Below, in pieces: positions 53,958 to 64,000 of a stretch of DNA of 64,000 nucleotides. This DNA is from Octopus bimaculoides (Eukaryota). Under the pieces are notes generated by a model that worked only from the letters and a program-made list of their open reading frames with translations, had not been told where the DNA came from and did not search any database. The position numbers and the translations under genes are program-made. Positions within the stretch are counted from its first letter, which is position 1, and the number at the start of each line of letters is the position of its first letter. The stretch covers positions 76,076,620 through 76,140,619 of the forward strand of contig NC_068984.1 of the NCBI RefSeq assembly GCF_001194135.2, written 5' to 3'.

Positions 53958-54327
53958 ACTTTTACTTGTTTCAGACATTTGACTGCAGCCGTGCTGGAGC
54001 ACCACCTTCAGTTGAGCAAACCGACCCCAGGACTTATTCTTTGTAAGCCTAGTATTTATTCTATCGGTCTCTTTTTGCCGAACCGCTAAGTTACGGGGAC
54101 GTAAACACACCACCATCAGTTGTCAAGCGATGTTGGGGAGACAAACAGACACACACACATATATATATATATACGACGGGCTTCTTTCAGTTTCCGTCTA
54201 CCAAATCCACTCACAAGGTTTTGGTTGGCCCGAGGCCATAGTAGAAGACACTTGCCCAAGGTGCCACGCAGTGGGACTGAACCCGGAACCATGTGGTTAG
54301 TAAACAAGCTACTTACCACACAGCCAC
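53958..54327 (-). mobile_element. SINE family A, young copy
   Basis: Full length with many CpGs retained (CCGAACCGCTAAGTTACGGGGACG) in otherwise CpG-poor surroundings. Confidence 0.88.
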
Positions 54328-55574
54328 TCCTACGCCTATGTCAGCAATTTTTTTTTTAGCTGGGATTCTTTTCCTGCTACAGATATATTTACTTTGATTT
54401 GGTAACCTAAGTAAAGTAATTACCATGTTGTGCTCTTAAACAACATGCATTTACTCTTAACTTCACTCAGTGGAAAAGATTATGAGTATTACTACTACTT
54501 CATGCATGAGTGGTCAATTACAGCTGTAAAATATTTTGACAATTCACACAAAATAGTGAAAACTATAATATACGCCAGCAATGAGAAGGGGAAGGATAGG
54601 AGTTATACATAAGACAACTTCTCTAAATTTAAAACCAAGGTGTATGTGTATGCCTGTGTATGTATGTTAAAAAAAATTTATAAATAGGATGAAAATATTT
54701 TTAACAACTGCAGGCAGAAGGACCTGGAGTCAAATGTTTTTATAATAGATCTTGGATAACCAATGCCCTATAAATGGAATTTGGCAGACTAAAATATGTG
54801 TGTGAGCATGTGCATGTGTGAGTGAATATTTTATCTATTAACAGGCAGACATGTCAGTGAGAAAACTGATAAACCAATGCTTCCAAAACTGAAAACACTG
54901 TAACAGTTATTTCAACCATGTTTCACAGATACTTTTCCTTGTTACCATTGCCATTATAAATGAAATGAACCAGTGATTGTCCTGTTGGAAAATTGTTAGC
55001 ACAAAAGGTGATGTAAAAAAAAAAAAAAAGAAATAACTATAAAAACAGTATAGCTGACTTGTTATTGACTGACCCAAGTTATTTGTTTGAACAGAGTTAC
55101 TGTAGTGAAGTTAAATAAATGCTCGAGAGCACTTCCAGTTCAGTGCACCAGATTGGCAAACTGTTTTCTGATGTTTGGTTACATGACTGACATCTGTTGC
55201 AAACATCTGATAAAAAGGTGTACTAGCTCTCATCTATCTTTCTTTCAGACTGAATATTTGTAAGATGACATAGTCTAATGCATATTTTATTTTTTTGGTA
55301 GGGTGTGATTTAAAGGAGAATTGGCTACTATTTCTGGGAGGTAGAACAAAAATTTAGAGTGTACTTCACAGAGAATGAGTGCTAACTTATGTGTTCAAGA
55401 CAAATGGATGTATCCAACAGGTTGAACCATAATATGGTCTCTCATATTGGTAATAGACCATATATTTGAAGGAGAAGAGTATATAACAAACAGAATCAAT
55501 CCTCAATACAGAAGTGGTAATTATTTTATAGATACCAAATCAATAAAAGGCAAACCTGGCTCTAGTGGAATTTG

Positions 55575-55970
55575 TGTATGGCTGTGTAATTAAGAAGTTT
55601 TGCTTCCCAACCACATGATTTCAGGTTCAGTCCCACTATGTGGTACCTTGGACAAATGTCTTCCATTATAGCTCCAGGCAACTAAAGCTTTGTGAATGGA
55701 ATTACATGCAAATTGAAAAATAGCTGGTCATATATGTATGTGTAGGTGTGCGTCCGTTCGTCTGTCCTCATCTTGACATCACACAAAATGTAAATGAGTG
55801 GCACTGTCACATAAGCTGTGCCGACTTTTCATGAAAGCATGACTGGCCAAGAACTATTACCTTGCTTAAACAGGTGGGACCAGGAAAGGCATCCAGCAGT
55901 AGAAAATAAGCCTCAATGAATTTCATCAAACCCATGCAAGGATTGAAAAGTAGAAGTTAAAATAATGACG
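55575..55970 (+). mobile_element. SINE with family A head and RTE-like tail
   Basis: TGGCTGTGTAATTAAGAAG...GGTTCAGTCCCACT head, then AGGAAAGGCATCCAGCAGTAGAAA...CCCATGCAAG...GTTAAAATAATGACG tail. Confidence 0.65.
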
Positions 55971-56749
55971 ACTGAAGACAGTGTAATATAACTCAATACT
56001 ACAATTTATTTAGGTCAATTCTCTGCTTTTCCTACAGTACTTGATCAATATATGTGAAGTGACAACTTTGTAGACTGCTAAGTCAGAGTGACCCTCTAGC
56101 AGCTATTAGCAGCTTACCATACACTGTATCTTATACCCTATAAAGACTGAATCCTCTGGAAATCTTTGCACATCAGTTTAAAACTTGCATCACCAAATTA
56201 TCTTTAACAGATCATATACACCACAAATTGTTTAAAATGAACCTTAAGAAGCCAACAAAGGAGCTACTATATACTCCACCAACATGCTAAAAATGGCAGC
56301 TAAATCTTCCAACTGTAACCTTCCTTTATGTGCCATCATGTTGATGAATGATCGCTAAAGACTTCCTTTACAAACATGCTTGATATAGAATTTTTAAGGG
56401 AGAATTCAATGAGTACTCCCTATTGCTTTCATTCAAGTGTTTTTGAAATCATCTTATCAGCTAGGTACAGAGAGTATCACACTTCTTGGGCACTCGAAAT
56501 GTAAAGAGCAGGAACAAGGAACAGATTCTGCAAATCATTTGTGAAATGCTGTAACCACTCAAATTATCCACTGCCCTACATTGGTATTTTATTCTGTTGA
56601 TACCATAAGAATAAAAAGGTGAAGTTTACATCAGTGACACTTGAACTCCAAACAGGAACTGGAACAAATATTGCAACACATTTTGTCCAACACTGAACAT
56701 TCTGCCAAATCATCCTACTGTTTATATGGATATATATATTCCCTCTGTA

Positions 56750-57315
56750 TGCTGCTGCTGCTTGTCACCTCCACCTTTCTTGCCTTCATACTGATATTTA
56801 CCATCAACCACACTTCCACTCTTGTTCATCATCTCCCTCTTCTCACATTCTTATGAAATCACTCACCCTCTCCTCACCACACCCCTGATCCACTGTCTGT
56901 ATTCTCTCTCACACTCACTCACCTTCTTGGACCTTGAGGGCTTCACTCTGGTGCCTTGTCCCCACCATCTTTTTCTTCTTCCCAAGTACTCTCACCCACC
57001 TTCATAGGAATCATCTCAATAGCAAGATGCCTGTACTTGTCCCTTTATCACGTTTTTAACCTCTCAAAACCTGGCATAAAAATATTGCTCCCACTTTCAA
57101 ATACACTCCCACTCGGTGAAGGTTTTTTTTTAATCTCTTGTACATTACTTGGTAACTTTGCTAGTGCTGGTGTCACAAATAATTTTTTTTTTAGATCACC
57201 CAGTACACACTGTAAAGTGGTTGGTGTAAGGAAGAGCATCCTGTCGTGTCAAAGCTAACACTGAAGCTTGATGAAGTTTTGCGACTTGTCAGATCCTGTC
57301 AAACCATGCCAGCAT
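56750..57315 (+). mobile_element. Non-coding 3' UTR-like fragment of an RTE-type retroposon
   Basis: C/T-rich tract ending GTGGTTGGTGTAAGGAAGAGCATCC...AAACCATGCCAGCAT. This is the tail motif seen reverse-complemented in the 37278 RTE. Confidence 0.5.
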
Positions 57316-60071
57316 TATACACTCATACACATGTATATATGACACACACACGACAAAATGGTCACTGCTGAAATAACTTCGAACAAATGCTTAATCGGGG
57401 TTGACCTAGGGCTAAACAACAACCAACCCTTATGGAAATCCTTCCTTACCTAGTTTTATATTCCCATCATAAAATAATCTTTTCCAGCAAACACAACAAA
57501 TAGTTCAAAACTAATCAGTAACCTACTCAACACCATACCCCTTTTTTTATATTCTAACCTAGCAAGACCAGGAATGCCTGAAAGTTACTGCTCTCCTCGG
57601 TATAAATAACTGAAAATAGAAAAGCCACTTTCTGGATAGACATCTACAAGACTCTGTGTGTGTGTGTGTGTGTGTACATGCTATCTTCATACATAGCTAT
57701 GCAAATTTATAGTTAGTTCCCTCAAATAGAAGGTTATGTTTATATATACAGTACAAGAACAGGGTGGTGCAATGTAAACATTCACATGGCCTTGACATAG
57801 AAGAGATAACACAAAGCAAGGAGAAAGTAGGAAAGAATGAGAGGAGTGTGGATCAGGATCACATGCATTTCTTGAAAATAACTGTCATGCCTTTAAAAAG
57901 AAAGAAAAAAAAGTCAATAATTCTGGGACTTAATCGGCATAAAAAGTAATAGGGTAGTGTTAACAGATTTGATGCCATGAACACCAAAATTCTACATATG
58001 TATATGTGGTAAAGTAAAGAATAATTAGTCTAATGATTAATAGTTTGTTAATTTTGATAAGTGTAGATTGACACTTGATAACAGCTTGGGGTGGGGGGAG
58101 GAAATGGGTTTACACACCCTCCATTAAATATTTTAAACATACATCATGCACGATTCTGAATTCAGTTAAAAATTTAATGATTGTAATAAACCTCTGTAAA
58201 ATAAATTTTTCCAAACAGACAAAAATTCCATTAATATGCTATTTAAAAAAAAAATACAAAAATCAAGTTAAAATTTACATAAATGACAGAACTTTTTATA
58301 CTTTATAGAGCTTTTTTATACTCAACAAATTTCAGACATTCTTCTATATGGAAGCAACAAGTTATATGTATCCTTACATCCAAGTAATGACATTTGTTGA
58401 TACAGCAGAGCTGAAAAACAGCTTCTGTAGCCAACCACCTTCATCTATCACATCTCGGATACTTTATGATTAAAATTTAATAGATTCCAGTATGAAGATA
58501 GGAAGATTCAAGAGCAATATGGTAAAATACATTCCATTGTAGTCTCTAATGTGTTGGCTTTGCACATTAAAACAAAAATTGCTACTTTTGGTTACACTTG
58601 TAATTGCATATGCACACATGCTCAAGTGAATTAAACTGAAGCCAAAAATCAAAATTAGATAATATAAGTCTTTAATTAAAATATAGAAACTGAAATCAAC
58701 TATACACTCATAACATTTCAGTCCTTTAAATGAATAAATTATAGTGTTCTCCATATTGTAACACTCTAATTTTCAATTAAAACTTCTTTAATCACTAACC
58801 AAACTTTCAGTCAAACTTAGATCACTGTTAAGCTATATATATGGCTTTTATTCTCTGTTCCTAAAGTAATTAGAGGTGGAGGAAAAAGGATTATATTCTA
58901 GCATTAATCCCCATGTTATGGAATTTTAAAATGAATGCATATCATTCAACTGCCATTTCAGCAGTAACAATCCTGTCATACTTTCTAGTACCTTATACTC
59001 AGAATTACTGTCTGGAATAAGAAAGCTGGGTTGAATTTTAAAGCCAATTTAGTTATCAGTTATAGTAGGTGAAACTACTTTTAGTGGGCTGGTACCTAGT
59101 TGTTTAGCTGACCACCTTTGTGCTGCAAGTGCTCAATAACAACTGACATGGGGCTACACAACAACTATAAGGCTTACAATTACAACCTGAATATTCTCAT
59201 GGAGGTTATCCCTAAGTTTTCAAAGTGTGCACTATAATTCATAAAAAACAAAAAAAAAAAGTTGCCTGTAATTAATAATTCTTATTCAAAATACATACCA
59301 TAAATATCAAATGATTTACATTTCTCCCCAGTAAGAACACGTATTTTAACATGATCCAATAGTTTCTTTGTCCCAATATTNNNNNNNNNNTTTGTCCCAA
59401 TATTCCTTCCGTTTTTTGATATGGGCATCATTTCACAAAAATAGGAAAACCCTTGGCCATCTTATTTCACTAACAGTCAAGAGTTCAGATACAAAAATGT
59501 TTATAATTTTATTTAGGTTAAAACTAAGATAAGACATAATATATATAATATAATTCACCCCCCACCAAAAAAAAAAAAAAACCAGTAATTGAAAAAAGTT
59601 TAACTATGTTCCAACTGTTTCATGGTATAAGATCTAAGCAAATTTATAAATATCATTCTGCAGTTTATTCACTGACTACTGTTACAAAAGAAAAGTGAGT
59701 AAATCAAAATTTTCAGTCAAGCTTCATTTGCTTGTTTTTGCTACATAGAAAAAAAAATTCCTAGCATCCAAGCCAAACTATCTTGTCATATCTGGAAGTG
59801 GTAAATCCACAAGAGACAGTAGGATAAAAATTGTCTTCTGCAAGAGTGTCTGGTGATAAACCACACAGGTTGGCTGTGTTTTTCTTTGGGAAATTTTCAA
59901 TTTTACAGTCTTCAGAGGATACAATGGATGATACTTCTGTATCGAAAAACTAATTACTTTTCTTAGAATTTCCTTTGCTGCAGATGTGATGAATAAAAGA
60001 AAATAAATAGGTACTTCCTTTCCTCATCAAAACTTGAAATGACTAAAACAAATTCATTTCTGGTCTCTCAC

Positions 60072-60161
60072 CCCAGTCCGATCACTAAACTGCTTGTCTC
60101 TTTTTCCATTGTTTCTGAAAGCTTCCTTGCAAAAACAGACCGACATGGTTTCCTCCACACC
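60072..60161 (-). other. Candidate 90-nt exon (GVEETMSVCFCKEAFRNNGKRDKQFSDRTG or VWRKPCRSVFARKLSETMEKETSSLVIGL)
   Basis: AG at 60163-60162 and donor GGG|GTGAGA. Length is a multiple of 3 and two frames are open. It lies at the edge of the right-hand CpG-retaining zone. Confidence 0.25.
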
Positions 60162-60439
60162 CTTACAAGAATTAATTATACGTGCGATAAATATTGACGT
60201 ACAACTTTAGATTTGCGATAAAAACATGACAAACAAATTCATAATTAGTAATTGAATAAAAAACACCAAATGGTAACAAATTGTGCAGAGGTTTTATTTA
60301 GATATGGAAAGGAAACATGTGTGTGTGTGCGCATGTCTGTATGTATACAATTTTTTAAAAATCGTTTCTCCCCTCCCAACAAATAGTATAAAAAACTGTA
60401 TTTCAACAGAACTATAGTAACAAACGGGTTATTCTATTG

Positions 60440-60660
60440 TTACCACATTTCTGTGGAAAAACAGTCTTTCTTTCAACTAATTTTGAAAATAATGAAGAAT
60501 TTATCAAAATAACTTTGCCATTATTAAGCTGGTGTTCAGGGCATAAATTGACATCAAAGTTTGATGGGAAAATCAAAATTTAGATCACTTTAGAAAGGGA
60601 AGTTTGTATCATAGAACCAGTCTCAAAAGGATATTTATTACAAGTTTACTAAGTTTTTGG
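60440..60660. mobile_element. Degenerate MITE family 2 fragment
   Basis: Shares the AAAATAATGAAGAATTTA...CATTATTAAGCTGGTGTT core with 49435 and 52513. Termini are not clear. Confidence 0.5.
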
Positions 60661-62192
60661 CAGAAGAAATTTTAGGCAAAAAAAAAAAAAATTCATAAAT
60701 AAAAAGCATGAAGAGATATCTCTTGGTAAAAAACCTAACTCATCTCAGTTTAAAAATTAATAAACAGCAGCTCTACTCTTCTCTCCCACTCTAATATATA
60801 AAGCATATGAAAATAGTTAATAGTGAATCAATTGCATATCAAAATATTAACTCCAGTGCTTTCCTGATATTGCAATAAGTTTAGCATTTATTTCAGCTAT
60901 TATTAAAGACACTAACCAGTTGATTAGCCCTAAGCCAACTCCAATCGGGCAAGAGTTATAATCAAAGACGTTCCAGCAATAACCATTCTGTCTTTATCAT
61001 CCATAGTGAACACAGGACCACGCTATCCAATGTTACTGATTTTTAGAACGTTAGAATGTGATTCCAGGAACATTTCATTACTATATTCAGCAGACTACAT
61101 AACCACGTAGAAGCTCCCTGGTAATAACGAGTTGTATAAGGTAATTAGAAGCAAATTTATCAAAAAAAGGTATTCAGCAATTAGTAACACTGTCAGATTA
61201 TTCTGGCCATGGGGTTAATTGCTTTATGCTTCGATGAAATAATTGCAAAAATTGGTGAATTTTAAGAGAGAGGTCAGACGAAAAATGTGTAGGCTGCTGC
61301 TTAAAGTACAAGTTAACTCAGACAGTGAGTAAGACAACGACTAATTTTGGTAATTAGAAATATATAGATAGGTATATCACAATTCAAATTTTAAAAAAAA
61401 AAGAAAGAAAGAAAACCTAATATTTGAAGAATCAATCTGAACCGTAAAAAAAAAAAAAAAAAAAAAAAACATGTGAAAAAGGAGGTCTCATATTTTGCTT
61501 ATCGTCGTAATTTCAACAAAGATACTCATATGACTAACTTATCTATATAAACATCTCTGTTGGATTTAATGAATTGGAGTAAACGTTTATACCAAAAAAG
61601 TGTGTAGGTCATTTATTTCAATTGGTCCTGTTACTGTGGAGTTTCCTCCGACATGGAGCAGATATTCAGATATCTTATCTATACTCGTGCTGAGGAACCG
61701 ACTGTTCTTTTGGAGTTAGGGAAACTCAACAGGAACATCTTTATTAATCAGAACACACATACACACACACGTGTGTGTTTTAATGAAGCTGAAAATCTAA
61801 ACTTTTACTCTGAATTTCACATAACCGACCAGACAGAAGTTTTTCAGCTTCAATAAAATACTCTATTTTACTCTTGCTTTGGTATCTGAGTACTATTTTA
61901 TACCTTATTATTTGTTTTGCATTTACGTGGTCTCACATACATTTTATGCATGTACACACACACACAAGTCATTGCGGAAGTCTTTACCTGCTCGACCAGC
62001 CTTCTAGAAACAACAGTCAAATCTTTAAATTAGGACAAACAAACATCGTGTAATATGGACATGACAGGAATGCCTTTGATTTCATGCCTGACTTGGGGGG
62101 GGGGCTAATCAGCAACACTGTTGGAGAGAATGTCACGGCATTTTACTTCCCAAACGCATCGTGTGCATATGTTTGATTAAGTAAATACACAC

Positions 62193-62231
<39 letters not shown>

Positions 62232-64000
62232 NNNNNNNNNNNNNNNNNNNNNNNNNNNNNNNNNNNNNNNNNNNNNNNNNNNNNNNNNNNNNNNNNNNNN
62301 NNNNNNNNNNNNNNNNNNNNNNNNNNGTATAGACATTTTCCTGCAAGCTTCAACCTGTTTACAGGAAAGCTTGACACAAAACACATGTGAAAGAAAAGGC
62401 TTTGGACACCTTAGCTGCAGGTCAACTTCCGCCGAGAAGGTCCATGATCAAAAACATTTCAACCATGACTATCATACCTTTTTCGTTTTTTTTTTTTTTT
62501 ATCAAGCGTCTAGGCCTACATTACCCAGAGTCTTTCCTTATAAAGCAGAGCATGATATGGCTATTTCTCCCGATGCTAGTTCGCAAGGGTGTCAGCCATG
62601 GTATTTACCAAGCAGCCCGTCATTATTTAACAAAATATATCGATATGATAACAGAATACACAATTCTAGATTATAAGTGGTGGTGTGTATGTATATGTAT
62701 ACATAACTTGAGTTGTCTAATACAAATATCAATGAAAACAGCTTCTCGCATTCAAGTAGTAGCAAATATCACAGAATTTGTGATATATGCTACTAGTATT
62801 TTTACGTAAAATACTAGGGGACCCAAACTTCGCTATCCGTTCCAGTAATTTCCAGTTTGAGCGACCACACAGAGGAACTCACGACAGTTCATTGGATACC
62901 TGTGTTTCTTTGCTAAAACAAAATGTATAGTTATTATTTTTAAACATACAGATACCGTTTTTCTAATTCAAGTTGGCAGACAGAAGCAAGGGGAGTAATT
63001 GATGAACCTTACCAAGGAGAGGGACAAGGAACAAATAACAGACCCTAATTTTTTTTAAATAACCACGATGACCATGTGGTCAGTAACCTCATCGCTATCT
63101 TAATCCCACAGTTGGTCACAACCACACGTGTTGTAGTTAAGGGAATAAGAATAGAAAAATACGCAAAATGATGCATTCTTCAAAGTTGGAAATATAAGAC
63201 ATCAGTTTGAATCAATATTTCAGAACACAGTCGTCGAACAGAACTTACTAAGAGAACAACTAACTTACTTATACCACAGTAGCTACTTTAACAATCTCAT
63301 AATTTACGTCAAATCAAATAGATACGGTCTCATTTTACCGGCTTTTCCTTATTGCTCGCGACTTAATTTGTTGGATTTCGTCTCTTATGACGAAGTCACA
63401 TACAGTTTAAATTTCTCTTGATATGCTTTCATTAAAAATGGGAAAAATATTTGCAAATGAATAAATTGAAATCAGCTGGAATGATTTTACACATAGACTC
63501 AGAAGAAGGCTAGCAGACCGAAACTTCGAGGTCACAGTCACTACTATTCTAGTAAATTTGTATCACCGACACCTAAATTTAACTAGAATCTCAGCGCAGT
63601 AACTATTTGGTGTTTTTTTTTTTTTAATCTAATTGTTCATATATATACCGCACGTATAATTGATTCTATACGAGTGTGGAGAAAATAATGTCAGGTTATT
63701 TTGCAAGGAAATAACAGAAAAAGAGAGGAGTAGTTTAGTGATCCTCCAGTTTAATTTTAAATTGCTTTTATTGACTCGATATAAACTAACACACACATCT
63801 ATCAATCTATATGAAAGATACCCATAATTTACATAATTAAGAGGTGGAAGGAGGAAATAAAATCTTTAAACTCACACGAGGACAAGAAAATGAAAGCAGA
63901 TCACGTAACTTCTTTAATAAACAAAAACTTCAAGTTCAAACATTGGAAATCACAAATATCAAACATTGGCAGTCTTCATATGTAAGTTATTTGTGCCTGT

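Noticed and set aside
59367-59404. Direct repeat TTTGTCCCAATATT on both sides of a 10-N gap
   Set aside because: Typical unmerged contig overlap, an assembly artefact rather than a TSD.
59785-59815. SGSGKST peptide resembling a Walker A motif
   Set aside because: It lacks the first G of GxxxxGK[ST], and the frame closes after a few residues.
5902-62386. Dozens of ORFs rich in YI/HT/CV dipeptides or X runs
   Set aside because: They are translations of (TA)n, (CA)n and (TG)n microsatellites and N-gaps, which lack stop codons in some frames.
62387-62809. 140-aa plus-strand ORF, and the overlapping 101-aa ORF at 62371
   Set aside because: No recognisable domain, AT-rich codons including a poly-T run, and no supporting splice structure.
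1-64000. CRISPR arrays, rRNA, operons or other prokaryotic systems
   Set aside because: No regularly spaced repeat-spacer structure, no rRNA-like sequence and no gene-dense organisation. The window is eukaryotic repeat-rich DNA.

Overview
AT-rich animal genomic DNA, most likely coleoid cephalopod (Octopus; inferred from the SINE landscape and the dense (TA)n/(CA)n microsatellites), from a short-read assembly with 16 N-gaps that mostly abut microsatellites or homopolymers. No host protein-coding gene could be identified by homology from memory. Most ORFs in the supplied track are microsatellite or gap artefacts. The supportable content is a repeat landscape. It has four dead DNA transposons with readable transposases, all on the minus strand: a mariner (7492-8732), a Tc1 (35153-36407), an internally deleted piggyBac (41696-42605) and a pogo-type element (49162-50987) with nested insertions. 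It also has several TTAA/CCC..GGG piggyBac-type MITEs, 5'-truncated RTE and CR1-like LINE fragments, and dozens of SINE-like copies from at least three families. CpG-retaining islands (about 3-5.4 kb, 9-15.6 kb and 60-64 kb) alternate with CpG-poor domains. The islands hold low-confidence candidate first exons: two on the minus strand and one on the plus strand. I found no evidence for a novel multi-gene system. The most notable oddities are a perfect 46-bp inverted duplication around a truncated SINE, a tail-to-tail inverted SINE pair, and a self-complementary splice-donor site.
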